A stretch of DNA of 64,000 nucleotides from Alloascoidea hylecoeti (GCA_001600815.1 BCKZ01000028.1:62001-126000); one strand, 5' to 3'. Positions 1-13,078 are shown, counted from the stretch's first letter. Numbers and translations: made by a program. The notes: generated by a model from the letters alone, not told the origin.

Positions 1-1482
1 TCAAGAATTGGATATTTATATAATGAAGAAAACAATAATAGTTGTTTAGACCCATTTTTTAGACCATTAATAGAGAATAATATTTCAATTGGACCTGAGT
101 TTATTACGTTATCACTAAATCTTTTATCATTCATCAATACGACAACTGAATCTTTCAATCTACTACTAATACAATATTTTCTATCTCTACAGTTCTACCG
201 CATACTCGCTCCTGAAGACGGAGATGGTGATGATGCCGAGGAGAGTGCTATTTTGTTTGGTCAAACAGTTCGTTTAGTTATTGAAATGGGTATTAATCGA
301 GACCTTGAAATTTATGATCCAACTGGAAAAATATTTGGAAAACTTCAAATATAAATGGAGAAAGACATGGTGTTTCGTAGCTTCAGTTGATGCGATGCAA
401 GCTTCAAACCTGGGTAGGCCCTTGCTCTTGAATAAAGATTATATGGACACAAAGCAAATACAAGAATTCCATATTCTAGATTCATCTTTTTATAAAAATA
501 TCGCTTCATCGTCTGCAGCTTTCAATAATAAAAAAAAAATCAAGAAACTTCAGAATAGTGCTGAGATGTTCAGCTTTTTACATGATCGCAGTAAGAATAT
601 GGGTATTGGAGTTTGCATTTGGATGAACTTAAAAGAAAAACCACTAAGGTAATCAGTTGAAAATATTATTGTCGATATACTAGAGTCATTGAAGAATAGA
701 GTCCCGAAATTATCAGAAACATTCAAAACTTCTTCCAAAACTCCCCAAAATATTGATTTTACATTTAATGAAAATGATATATATATATTGATAAACAAAT
801 TTCCAATACAAATTTGATTGATAATGAAAACTTTAAAATGAATGTTTTATCAAATACTCAAATGATACTACAACTAGAATTAAGATGCAATTTATTATCA
901 CAACTTCATATTCATTTCTATTTATTATTTTTAAATAGTGATTTGAAAACAGAACCTAAAATATGCCAGCATTATCTTTCGCAAGCGGAAATCTCAGCAA
1001 GTTTATTATTTTATTGCACTCTCGGCTTCTATAATTTAACTTACACCAATTATAATGCATATCAATCAAATGATGAATATAGTTTTGGAATGGGTGTGGA
1101 GGCTAGACATTTAATATTACCTCAGATAGAGAAATATTTATATCGGCTTGTTCCATTTCTAATTTCGTTAATTGAGAAATCAGGCTAAAGAATTCCAATC
1201 TCAATTACTAATGGTATAATTAATAAGAATTCAATACCAACGGAGAATGAAAATGAAAATGAAACTGTTATTGAAAATGATAATATTATTATTAACGATA
1301 CTTTCAATCTCCCAGATGAAGTTTCAAATCTTAGCAACACTCAGGATGCATTTACAAATCAGCCCTAGTCATTTTCAATTGAAGAACTAATGGATTTATC
1401 ATGGCTACCTGATTTACACTCCGACGATTTATTATATGAAAGTCTTCGTTATGATTCCACAATGAATGATATGCTAAATTAG
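1..1482 (+). pseudogene. 3' part of a fungal Zn-cluster-type transcription factor (middle homology region plus acidic tail), disrupted
   Basis: Frame 1 reads ...AILFGQTVRLVIEMGINRD; after a frameshift near 330 it continues WRKTWCFVASVDAMQASNLGRP (Fungal_trans-like motifs). In-frame stops at about 652, 1188 and 1368; acidic tail ends TAG 1480-1482. 5' end lies outside the window. Confidence 0.65.
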
Positions 1483-2382
1483 CATTTTAACTGTTCTTGT
1501 ATAATTAATTAATTAGTGTATATGCCACTGTAAAAACAAGAGCAAAAAAAAAAAACAAAAAAAATATATGCCGAACTGGAGGTAAGCTCTCAAAAATCAA
1601 GATTTCCGAACACATCGAACGCAAAATTTTTTAATCTTGAAATCATATTTCTAGGATGCTATTCCCAGCGGGATTAGTATTTACTCAACTTCTTATTTTG
1701 TGAATATTATTGACTGGTATTTGATGCTGGCAAGTGGGATGTGTATGTTAGTTATTGTAATTGGGTAGCAGTGATACGGAACTTGATGTTGATTCCGTGT
1801 AAGTTGTTGTAATTAATTGCAATCTTTTATAATGTTGCTATAGCTTGCGTATGCTAGCTTATTATTTGTGTTGTAATAGCCCTCTGATGGGCATAGACTA
1901 TGGTTATAAGCTTGTGTATAAAATATGATATCTATTGAATGAAATGTTCTACCATTTATATTAGTTGAAGAACAAGTATGCACTGCAGTTATGCATCTGC
2001 AGTTAGGCACCATGGCCAGATCAAACCTAACCATCAACAAGATGATTAAAGAGGAGGATATTTAATTAGTATCATATGAAGATATAATATGCCTATTATA
2101 ATATACCAATTCCAATTTTATAAGATAGTTGGATTAATCTCATTTTAATAATGGTATATTTTAATGAGCTCGGTTAGATACCTATGCACTTTTTCCGGAT
2201 ACAGACATCTGATGCTTTTTTACCCGGATAAATTGTATTTATTAAAAATTGGAATCGGATAAAACTTGATAATCACGACAATGATGATCATATTTAAGTA
2301 TCTATATTCTTCTCATTTGTTCCTCTGTTTTTCAATTTCAAATTTATTGTCAAGGAATTATAAATTACCTAAATTATAAAGG

Positions 2383-4548
2383 ATGGCTGGAGAGTAAGTT
2401 CAAATATTATATATTAAGGTTTGCGTCCATATGCATATTTGGTTACTAACATTACAATATTCATTCAGATTAATCATTGTTACGGGTGGTGCTGGGTATA
2501 TTGGCTCTCATACAGTTGTTCAACTATGTTTAAATGGTTATAAGCCCATTATTGTTGATAATTTCAGTAATTCATCTCCAGAAGCAATCCACAGAATTGA
2601 ATTAATTACAAAACAAAAGATTCCATATTATAAGACAGACTTAAGAGATTATAATGACTTAAATGAAGTCTTTAGTAAATATCAAAACGTTAAAGCTGTT
2701 ATTCATTTTGCTGGTTTAAAGGCTGTTGGTGAATCAAGTGTTATTCCACTATCTTACTATGATAATAATGTCAATGGTACAATACAGTTATTAAAGGTGA
2801 TGAAAGCTCATAACATTAATGAAATTGTTTTTAGCAGTTCCGCAACTGTTTATGGTGATGCTACAAGATTTGAAAACATGATCCCAATACCTGAATTTTG
2901 TCCAACTGGTCCAACAAATCCATATGGTAGAACAAAATTGACCATAGAAGAAATCATTCATGATTTTTATTTATCAAATAAATCAAAGTTCAAAGCCGCA
3001 ATTTTAAGGTATTTTAATCCGATTGGTGCGCATCCTTCTGGTTTGATGGGTGAGGATCCTTTAGGTATACCAAACAATTTATTACCATTTTTATCCCAGG
3101 TTGCTATTGGTAGAAGAGATAAATTACAAGTGTTTGGTGATGATTATAACTCAAGTGATGGTACGCCAATACGAGACTATATTCATGTTGTTGATTTGGC
3201 TGATGGTCATATTTCTGCTCTTGTTAAATTATCTCAAACTCCTAATGGCTTATATAGGGAATGGAATCTTGGCACCGGCAAAGGTAGTACTGTTTTTCAA
3301 GTTATTAATTCTTTCAATAAAGCTGTTGGTAAAGAATTACCTTACGTTGTTGTTGGTAGAAGAGCTGGTGATGTTTTAGATTTAACTGCTAATCCAAGAA
3401 GAGCAAATGAAGAACTAAAATGGAAAACTCATCGTAGTATTGATGAAGCATGTAACGACCTATGGAATTGGACAATTAAAAATCCTTATGGATATCAGAA
3501 ACCGACAAATTTAACCGTTTCGAATTTTGGCGATGGTAATAATAGTACTAAACTTTATACCTTAACCTCAGATAATGGCAAGGTTAGAGCAAAGTTTATA
3601 AATCATGGTGCAACAATTGTTAAATTTGAAATCAAAATAAATGATAAATGGATTGATGTTGTAAACGGTCATAGATCCTTAGATGGTTATAAAGCAAAAT
3701 CAAACCCCTATTTTGGAGCAACGGTTGGTCCATATGCAAATAGAATTCCATTTGGCAAATTTAATATTAATGGAAAAGATTATGAAGTAAAGTTAAATGA
3801 AGAAGCTACAAATTCTGTATTACATGGTGGTAGCAATGGCTTCAATACAATCGATTTTGATGGTCCATTTGCAGTTTTTAAAGATAATTTAATGAAATAT
3901 AAATTTCAGCTTTTAAATTATAACGATGAAAATGGTAGTGGATTTCCAGGTTCTTTAGATGTAAATGTTTATTATTGGCTTGATGATAATGATCATAATG
4001 GTTCTGCATTGAATATTGAGTATGAAGTTAAAAATAACAATTCTCTTCCAGCTTCTATTTCAATGACAAACCATTCATATTTTAATCTTGGAAGAATTGA
4101 CAATAAAAAGAATATTTCTGGTACTTCAATTAAATTACATTCAAACAAATATATGGATGTTGATTCAAATTTACATCCAAATGGTAAATTTAAAACTATT
4201 GCTGAAACTAATTTTGAGCTTGGAGAAACAGATCCACAATTTGATAATTGTTTTGTTCTTGATGTCAGTCATGCACTTGATAGTAGATCCAAAAAATTAA
4301 TTACTTTTGCTGAAGCATCATATAAACAATTAACTTTAAAGGCATCATCTACTCAACCAGCTTTTCAATTTTATACCGGTGATTATGTTGACACTGGTAA
4401 TCATGGTAGTAGAGCTGGATTTTGTTTGGAATCTGGTAGTATTATCGATGCAATTAATAGTGAAGATGAAACTATCAAGAAGAGTGTTATACTTGGTAAG
4501 AATGAAGTTTATGGGTCAAGAACAAGATATGAGTTATCTTTGGATTAA
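2383..4548 (+). CDS. GAL10: Bifunctional UDP-glucose 4-epimerase / aldose 1-epimerase; exons 2383-2393 and 2469-4548
   Basis: VTGGAGYIGSHT, YGRTK and LRYFNPIGAHPSG (GalE) followed by LHGG, TNHSYFNL and FCLE (GalM). Intron 2394-2468 with GTAAGT, TACTAAC (2444-2450) and CAG; spliced start MAGELIIVTGG. Confidence 0.95.
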
Positions 4549-4603
4549 GAATATCATTTCATGTATTCATATAGCTGTGTAGACACACATAGCTTTGGTT
4601 TTT

Positions 4604-4937
4604 TAAAATCGTTATGTGTTAGGCCATAAAGAAATTTATCAACAGATCTAGTTAGAAGGAAATGGTAAAGGATAAATAAACTACATTAATTGATTAGTGA
4701 ACGTGATCATGACATACTATTATAGATTTAATTTGATTGTAATCCGATCACAAAAATTTATAAATTTGAAGAAAAGATAATTATTATTTTTTGTTCTTCT
4801 TCTCTAATTTTTTATAATTATCAAATTCTATATATATCACGTTTACTTATTAATTAATGTAGTTTGTCTATCCTTTACCATTTCTTTCTTTTAGATCTGT
4901 TGATAAATTTCTTTATGGCCCGACCCACAACAATTTT
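4604..4937. mobile_element. MITE/foldback-like element with ~100-bp imperfect terminal inverted repeats
   Basis: GGCCATAAAGAAATTTATCAACAGATCTA (4622-4650) is the exact reverse complement of 4892-4920; pairing continues imperfectly to about 4604/4937 outward and 4706/4838 inward; no ORF inside. Confidence 0.7.
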
Positions 4938-5127
4938 TGGTGTAATGCATAATTATAATATGACGTTCCTATATGCTCACTCTAGATCTATACATGTAAC
5001 TACTAATTAAATTTTGAAGTTCAGGTGTAAACCTATAATTAAGAATCTATATATAGAAATGGCTCTTAGAACTTTTAAATATTTTTGGGATGATCTGTAA
5101 TTATTATAATTATAAGTAATCACCTAA

Positions 5128-5223
5128 CGCGCTGTGGTGGTAGGAAAGTCAACTTTAACTGTTCAATTCACAGAAAATGCTTTCAACGAAGCCAGTTGGA
5201 TTTCGACTGTTGGTGTTGATAAT
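5128..5223 (+). pseudogene. Fragment of a Ras-superfamily small GTPase (G1-G2 region)
   Basis: Translates RAVVVGKSTLTVQFTENAFNEASWISTVGVDN; bounded by stops with no start codon. Confidence 0.55.
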
Positions 5224-5939
5224 ATTTATATTTATAAATCTTTAGTATATGGAAGTAACTCGTGAATTATTATTATAATATTAAGGATAAATTGATTTCT
5301 CATATGCTACTAAATAGAAATTTATAAGGCTCGGTTAAATTTTAGATCTATGACGTTATAAATTTATAGGTATACCCCACTCCTCCTAGTTAATATAGTC
5401 ATGATTAATATTCATTCATGAATACTTGCAATAGATAAATATAACTTACGTGCAGACAACTTTGGAGATTTCCTATGATCCGACATCAAAAAGATTTAGC
5501 AGGCTTAGATATATATAAAGTAATCGTAAAATCTCATTTATAAACTCTTAAATTTACTGAGTTGAAGATGGTTATTTGTGAGCATAGAAACAATGATCAT
5601 GACCAGAAATAATTATTATAATTAAAAAAATGTACAATTTATGTATGCATAATGAGTCGGATTAATTAATTATACCGATTAATTAGTTATATAATGATCC
5701 ATTAATACAATATGAATTTATAAATTAACTCTACCTATAAAAGTACAAATTAAATAGACAGATATTTATAGTATATATAACCATGGTTGATTCCCAATTG
5801 TTCCAACCGGAGAACTCTGCAGTTAGCTATTTATAAGAAATAGGCCATAACTAGATGTGCTCGACAATAATTAATATTTCGATAAATAACTGTCGCACTG
5901 TATATTAAGATGGTTTTGATGATTATTATAATGAAACAT

Positions 5940-8093
5940 CTACTCATATTTTTCACAATAACAATAAATATCTGGATTTGAGTTTTCCCATCTACATTTT
6001 TGGCATGCCATTGTAACTGAATTTGTTAATTGTTCCGGGCCACATGATAAAACCGACATTGATTTTTCCAGATTAGAACATTTTAGAAAGTCACATTCTT
6101 CTTGAATAATACCCGAAGATGATGGACGACAATATTTAATCTCTATTATTCCATCTTCTATTAATGAGTGAAGCTTAGATAATGACTCAAGTTCGTCCGA
6201 TACATGGTACTTAAAAGTAGGAGATTCGGATTCTATATCCGTGTTAATAGTATAATCAGTAGTAGTTGAGTGTGAACTTGATGCAAAAATGTCTTCTTCA
6301 GTTGCTTCTGGTGCATTATTTGTTAATGATACATCTGATAATAATGGAGTTGAATTTGAAATATTATTAGTCGTTTCTAATTTACAATTCTCTTCTTGTG
6401 ACTCGTCTATGCTTTTATTGATGAGAATATCCGAAAAGCTCTTGTTGTAAGCACTTCCTCTTTCAATTGAACATTCAGGTTCATATCTAACATCCGTTTC
6501 GTTATTTTTAGTTTCTCTTGTGACATGGAGACATATTTCCAGTTTACATTCGTTTCTAAGTTCAACCATTTGAAGTAATTCTTCAGTATACCAATTGATA
6601 TTTTCAAGATGTTGAATTATCCAAACAAATTTTACTTTCACTTGTCGTGGTCTTCCTAGGAAATCGCATTCTTCATTACGTTGTTTAATTTTAAGCAATA
6701 GATCAATGCAAACAGGAAAACAAAAAGATCCTCCAGATCCACCTGATATAAATAATGCAGTATCGAATGATAATAATGGTAAATATTCACCACCATAAGG
6801 GCCATGAATCAATGAAGTAAAATGTGTTGTAAACTTATTAGTACATATAATATCATCTTCACTCTCTAATCTTGCTTGTTTAACTATTTCCATTGCTAAT
6901 CTGCGTGTGAAGCCTTTTCTTGTTTTGATTAATAAATGCATTACACCAGTTTCAGAAACACTAGCAATTGTCATGGGATGCCATTGAAGTCTTCTAACTT
7001 TTCCGATACATAAATAAACATGTTGTCCTGCTTTCCATGTTCCGATAGAGGGGATAAATCGTGGTAAATGTTTTTTCCAAAATTTACCAAAGCTTCCCAT
7101 TTTATTTAAAAAATTCCAATTCTCAAGCTTTTGGGAAATAATCATTTGTGATAAAGGAATATTAACTTCTATAGTTGTATCATCAATTATATGACATTTA
7201 GATAATCCCCTTGTTGGTGAATAGTATTTATGAATAATTATTTTTATATCTCCAGTGATATGATCCAAAAAAATAACACTAAATGCAGTTATTAATAAAG
7301 GTCTACCACCTGGAGCATGTAAAGTTGCTAGTAATACTGTAATCATTGCAAAAAATTTATGATGAAATAAAAAACATTCATATGACCATTTTCTAATAAT
7401 ACCTGTTCCAGCCCAAACAACAATTGTCATTGAACCGTAAGCAATATAACCAAAATATTGAGGCGGAATTTGAATCATTATTAACATATGAATATCTAAC
7501 CAATATTTGAGTGATAAGAAAAAATGAATGCCACAAAGTAACCATACATATCTACCTAACCAAATATGAATAAGTTGTAATTTATCTTGTGCAAGGCCAG
7601 TTAATTTTCCAATTGGATCATTTTTCATGATGAATATATAAAGTATAAGATAGTTTGCACAAGCTATATGACCTATTCTTTTTGAAAGAATATAAGACCA
7701 TGGTTCATAAGTAATTCTTTCAACTTCAAGTAGCATCAATATCCAATTAATCAAAAGATAAATAGTTGAAAAGATAATTATTGACGGTTGAGCTATAATT
7801 GTTTTATCTTTTGAAAAAAAATTTAAAAAAAATGGAGGATTTTTAATTTCAATACATGAATTTAATAGATCAAGACATTTATTCAACTTTAAAAAAACTC
7901 TATTCAAAGTTTTATTGTTATTATCATTAAATTTTCTGTTTCTTAGTTTTGAATTTAAATTATGGAATATTAGACCATATAGTGTAAAGAATCCTAATGC
8001 TACTATAACTAATAACCATGAATATTGTGCATTAATTTTTTTTTCATAAGGGAATTGATGAATTAATGATATTTTCTTTGATGTTTTTGGCAT
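5940..8093 (-). CDS. Ferric reductase / NADPH oxidase family membrane protein (FRE8-like)
   Basis: 717-aa ORF; TM helices with paired His, FAD motif WHPMTIAS, NAD(P)H motifs HGPYG and ISGGSGGSF, C-terminal CGP...E. Confidence 0.85.
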   Translation of the reverse strand: MPKTSKKISLIHQFPYEKKINAQYSWLLVIVALGFFTLYGLIFHNLNSKLRNRKFNDNNNKTLNRVFLKLNKCLDLLNSCIEIKNPPFFLNFFSKDKTIIAQPSIIIFSTIYLLINWILMLLEVERITYEPWSYILSKRIGHIACANYLILYIFIMKNDPIGKLTGLAQDKLQLIHIWLGRYVWLLCGIHFFLSLKYWLDIHMLIMIQIPPQYFGYIAYGSMTIVVWAGTGIIRKWSYECFLFHHKFFAMITVLLATLHAPGGRPLLITAFSVIFLDHITGDIKIIIHKYYSPTRGLSKCHIIDDTTIEVNIPLSQMIISQKLENWNFLNKMGSFGKFWKKHLPRFIPSIGTWKAGQHVYLCIGKVRRLQWHPMTIASVSETGVMHLLIKTRKGFTRRLAMEIVKQARLESEDDIICTNKFTTHFTSLIHGPYGGEYLPLLSFDTALFISGGSGGSFCFPVCIDLLLKIKQRNEECDFLGRPRQVKVKFVWIIQHLENINWYTEELLQMVELRNECKLEICLHVTRETKNNETDVRYEPECSIERGSAYNKSFSDILINKSIDESQEENCKLETTNNISNSTPLLSDVSLTNNAPEATEEDIFASSSHSTTTDYTINTDIESESPTFKYHVSDELESLSKLHSLIEDGIIEIKYCRPSSSGIIQEECDFLKCSNLEKSMSVLSCGPEQLTNSVTMACQKCRWENSNPDIYCYCEKYE

Positions 8094-9862
8094 TTTTTGG
8101 AAATTGAATTTGACGAGCCTGAGAGTTTTTGGTTACAAACGATCACGTTAGCTGCTTGTTGGAATTGTAGCTATTTACCATAAGATTATGTTGGATGGTT
8201 TATAAATCAATTTTATGTCGTGTATTTTTTAGTATTAAAGTATTGAAGAAGAGAAGATGGGAATCAGCTATAAGGTTATAGAAAAATTTGACTAAATATC
8301 TGAACCTGTACAATCTGTCTACTTATAAACTTCTTTTGAATTTTGATGGTTCCCTTCAATTATATAAACTGTTTATAACTTGGGTTGTGGAAATTTATAA
8401 AAGGCTTTATACCGATGGCTTGGAAATTCGTACTAAAAATCAGACATTAGCCGGTGTTTGCTTATATAATGCATATGAATTTCCGTAAGCGTGGCTAGTC
8501 ACTTTTTCATGCTACACCCACTAAATGGATATTTCAGTCTCTTATAAAAGTGATAATTAAACTACTTATAATTAATGGAATTAGCATACGAATAAAGGGT
8601 ACTTACGAAGTTACGATTAAGTTTATGCAGCTGTCAAATGGAAAATTGTGTTGTTACGTATAAAATAGGTTCCCCATCCTCTGTGTTCTTCGGAAAATCA
8701 AAAATCAAGGCATACCTACCTTCAAAATTTTCGGAAAATTCGAAATAAAATTTTAAAAATATAAACAAATGTATCTTTACCGATCGTGGAGTGGATAAGC
8801 AGGCTAGGTAATGACTTCTTCATGCGCTCTATTACAACAACTAGTACTCTTCTCGCAACTGCGTTGATGTGGTTTTTGGGTCTTGAAATTGATTTCATTT
8901 CTTTTGTTAGAACATCTGTAATATATGGAATGATTACCATTACAAGGTAGTTGACTAATGTTTGTAGGTAAATCACTGATCAGGTTGTGATGTGAGGATG
9001 AGTCCCTCCAATACAATGACCCTTGATGCCTCTTTTGATATCGATAATCTTAATATCATCGCCCTTTTATATAAAGAAAATCATCTTTTTGGTTTTATTG
9101 GGACTCTGTTAAGTAACAGTTCAGAGTTCCTTTATGTATATATATTCCTTCAATAGAGAGAGAGAAGCAAAAAAAACACGGGAACTTATGATTTCTCCAA
9201 GGTATATCAACATGCCCATCATATTACAACTATCTAGAATTCCATATTTAGATAAGTGGGATCCACATCGAGGATAAGAAATGCTCATTAAGTGGGTGGA
9301 TTATATCTAGTACTTGAACACTTAACAAACATTTACTTATTTCCTCATTTCTGAGATCTTTAGAACATGAACTCTGGATATTTTTTGATTTAAAAATAAG
9401 CATAGGGAAAACTATCACCTATTAAATTGACTCATTCAAGTAGGTTCCCATTCATTAACAATCATAGATAATATTGATCTAACGACAGCGATATGCCATT
9501 TCCTGGATGTACACCTATATCGTTTTTCCGAAACGCCAAATTTTTTGCGCTCTGCCTGTTTTAATACCCTCCTCAATTTGAAGTATTTCATCTATTCCTT
9601 AGGTTGGTAGAGTATTTACGACCTTGTTACGAGATATTTTAGGGCTCAGATACGCGTAAGCAATGGTTTTAAATAATCTCAAATGTGTATTCTCTTCTTT
9701 TTTTAATTAGTTTTTTTGGCATGGCACGAAATACTACGAACACTCTATATGATATCCTTAAGCTACACTGCTGCAGTACAACAACAAATAATATCGTAAA
9801 TAAATAATAATTAAGCAAAAAGAAAATCTTGGTATATTTCTAAAAAAGCAATCATAATATAT

Positions 9863-11500
9863 TCAAACGACCCTTTTTCCTGTAGGTTCGAATGGGAAAA
9901 ACATTGAAATAATTCCCATACAACCAACAACAGCTGCACAAACATAAATTGGAGCAGGTGTCGATGTATCAGAATAATATGCTATAACTGGAGTTATACA
10001 TCCCATTAATCTCATCATCGAAACAGCTATTCCATTTCCTGTTCCTCGAGCTGCAGATGGTAATACTTCAGGTGTGTAGGCATATAATATTCCATAATAC
10101 CAATATAACGCGACATAGACAGCAGAAGTAAAACCTACATTTTGTGGTTGTGTTTTAACAGCAGTATATGCGAACAGGAATATCATTGTGATGAAAGCAC
10201 CAACCGTCATTGAACCTCTTCTTCCCAACACTTTTCCTTTTCTGTAAGGAACGAAAATGAAACCGGTTGCAATCATTGGTCCAAAAATGGTAACAAAATT
10301 CGTTATTGCATAGTTTTTGAATGTTGTGTTTAAAGATCCATCTCCAGTATCGGCACCTCTTGATGATAAGTATTGAGGTAAGAAATTTGAATATAGAGGG
10401 TATGCAATACCAATCAAAGCCCAAGAAAGAAATATTAATGAAGTTGATAAAGCTACCCTTTTCCCTTTGAATAGTAAAGATATCTGCATTTTGATATTTT
10501 TATAAATTGACTTTGGATCTTTCTTGTTAACACTATCCTTACTATTTATATCACCACATGCATTTAATTGTTCTAGAGTTAGTGAACATGTTCTCCCATA
10601 TTTCTTTGCTATTGATTGTAAATTATTAACACATTCTTCATCCCGACCATGGACAAGTAAGAATTTGGGGGTTTCTTTCAACCTAATCACGGTCACTCGT
10701 GCAATAGCTATAGCCATTACAATGGCACTTTCAGCATACCAGGTGTATCTCCATCCCTTATTAGAAGATGCTGGACAATCATCATATGAAGTACAAGAAA
10801 AGTTTACCATTAAAGGCCAAGCTACCAGAACTGCAACAATTTGGCCTACACCCCACCAGCATGCAAAAAATGTCATTAACCACTGATACCTGTGTGGTAA
10901 ATATTCCAAGAAAACTGTTGTGTCCAATACCAAATTTCCTCCTGATCCTGCAACACACAGCGCAACCATTGCACAATAACTTCCATAAGTTGGCATTGCA
11001 CCAGCAATTAATCCAAAAACAGCAGATAAGAATAAAGAAGCATTGAAAGCAAATTTTCTTCCGATTATATCAGCGGATGTTCCCCAGAACAATGCACCAA
11101 CTAACAAACCAGCATACATTGCAACCGAGGAAGCAGGGAAATATACCCCAAACTGATATTGTACCTGAGTTTGAACAGAACTTTGAATCATGAATAATTG
11201 AGAATCTACAGCATAACCCAAACCATTTAAAAAGAACATTTTCAATTGATACCCAGTAAAACCTATTTCATCAATTGCATCGTTAACAAGAAACATTTTA
11301 TTTGATAGAGATACATCATGATGATTTAATTCATTTATATCTGTATCATCGATGAGATTTATGTTCTTGTTTAATTCCAGATCACTATAATTAGTTTGGA
11401 TTTGTTGAATAGTACCAACAGCTATATCTTTATCGTGATCTACTGTAATATCATCTCTGTCTATTTCTTTAGTATCAGACTTAACTTTGGATTCACTCAT
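9863..11500 (-). CDS. MFS transporter (SV2/NiaP-like), copy 1
   Basis: 545-aa ORF, about 12 hydrophobic segments, motif ADIIGRK, ETPKFL, YTPEVLPSAARGTG. Confidence 0.9.
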   Translation of the reverse strand: MSESKVKSDTKEIDRDDITVDHDKDIAVGTIQQIQTNYSDLELNKNINLIDDTDINELNHHDVSLSNKMFLVNDAIDEIGFTGYQLKMFFLNGLGYAVDSQLFMIQSSVQTQVQYQFGVYFPASSVAMYAGLLVGALFWGTSADIIGRKFAFNASLFLSAVFGLIAGAMPTYGSYCAMVALCVAGSGGNLVLDTTVFLEYLPHRYQWLMTFFACWWGVGQIVAVLVAWPLMVNFSCTSYDDCPASSNKGWRYTWYAESAIVMAIAIARVTVIRLKETPKFLLVHGRDEECVNNLQSIAKKYGRTCSLTLEQLNACGDINSKDSVNKKDPKSIYKNIKMQISLLFKGKRVALSTSLIFLSWALIGIAYPLYSNFLPQYLSSRGADTGDGSLNTTFKNYAITNFVTIFGPMIATGFIFVPYRKGKVLGRRGSMTVGAFITMIFLFAYTAVKTQPQNVGFTSAVYVALYWYYGILYAYTPEVLPSAARGTGNGIAVSMMRLMGCITPVIAYYSDTSTPAPIYVCAAVVGCMGIISMFFPFEPTGKRVV

Positions 11501-11638
11501 TTGTTTTTTATAGTATTTGACCCACTTAAATAGGTTTCAATCAAAACTAGAAACACATTTTAGGACGCATATCGTCTTATTTTATATTTTTCTTGTACCA
11601 AAGCAAATAACTAAATATGTATTTTAAAATCTCGAGAC

Positions 11639-12255
11639 CTTATCTATTGATATCAATCTTAATTAAGCTTATTTATACGGTTTGAATTATAATTAACATA
11701 ATAGACCACAATTTCAGTTGATTGGAAATAAAGCGTGGGTAAATGATAAGTAATAATATATTTATGGATATATATAATAGTTGGTTTCAAAGATATCCTA
11801 TAATCAGACTGATATTAATATTTAGTTTTATAACTAAACAATATAAATAGTAGGGCAGAGTTTTTCCATATCTTCGTTACTCGGATCTGGCCTAAAATAT
11901 AATTGTTGATAAGAGACCTCGAGCTCGGAAATATTGTAATTAACACCTGCATATCACGTTAATATACGATTATAATATATCGGTTATGATATAGAACGAT
12001 AACAGATATAACATATACCAGAATCTTAAGCTGAGGCAATGGGTGGCCATGAATTATTCTGAATGTATTGGAGACTTGGAGTAGATTTTAGAACTCAATT
12101 TTAAACTGTAAACGTCCATATCCAATAATAACAAGGCTAAGGTATTATCGCGTATGTATGCATAGATTATAAGTATGAAAAGATCATCAGAAACGGTTAA
12201 AATAAGAGACAGGAATCTTAAGATAACGCACAACAGGCATACGATTATGGATAAG
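11639..12255 (-). promoter_or_regulatory. Cluster of GATAAG (GATA-factor) sites upstream of MFS copy 1
   Basis: CTTATC 11639-11644; GATAAG 11745-11750, 11908-11913 and 12250-12255. Confidence 0.4.
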
Positions 12256-13078
12256 ATAATGTGACATATTTGATGGAGTGGAGTTATCTATTATTGGTGA
12301 TAGAAGGTAAATCGGATATATGTATCTGGTTATATGGGACTGATAGAGAAGGAAGGTGAGACAAGCCTATAGGAAATTAGGCATTATCATGTCTGTAACT
12401 CAAACCCGGGTGAGAATATACAAAACATCCGGAAAAATGATTTATAGTTTTGATCGGAAGATCATATATTGAATAGACAATTCAGTTAATCGAGGTTTTG
12501 ATATAACATATATATATATATACAGGTGAAATCTTCTATACCATTGTAATTAATAACAAAGGAGATTCTTAATTTTAGAGGTTCGAAAGAGTTCTTCATT
12601 TTTGGTTAAGTTATTGATTATTGTGTTTTCCAACCTTCAAACATTCTTGTATTTTCATTTTCATTATATCATTGTGTGCCCTTTTCAAACTTCACGACAT
12701 CAAACACATCCCGTCGATCAGATGTTGAGCTGGAACTCGTGTCAAGCTTTTGTTGGTAAGTAGCAGTTGCTACAATGAGGTTATCGTAAATATACTTCAC
12801 CAAAAACTGTTATTTACCAACACAGGGTTGTTCCGACAAGCACACTTTTTAGAAAACGTTCTAGCTCGATATATAATGAGCACCCACTTGATGAATGAAC
12901 CCATCTTCAAGCTTCATAAACATTAATTAATCTTTTTCTTAATTTCTGACACGACACACAAAAAGAAAGAAAGAAAAAATAGTTATTTTTGGGTTATGGT
13001 CATATATTATTGATTTATTAAATAATACATAATTACAATCATTCAAAAAATTAAACAACTTTTATAGATGACAAGTAT

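Noticed and set aside
2171..2262. Gal4 UAS upstream of GAL10
   Set aside because: CGG/CCG triplets do not have the 11-bp spacing.
9270..12900. Weak inverted similarity between 9285-9320 and 12858-12893
   Set aside because: Too short and degenerate to define an element by eye.
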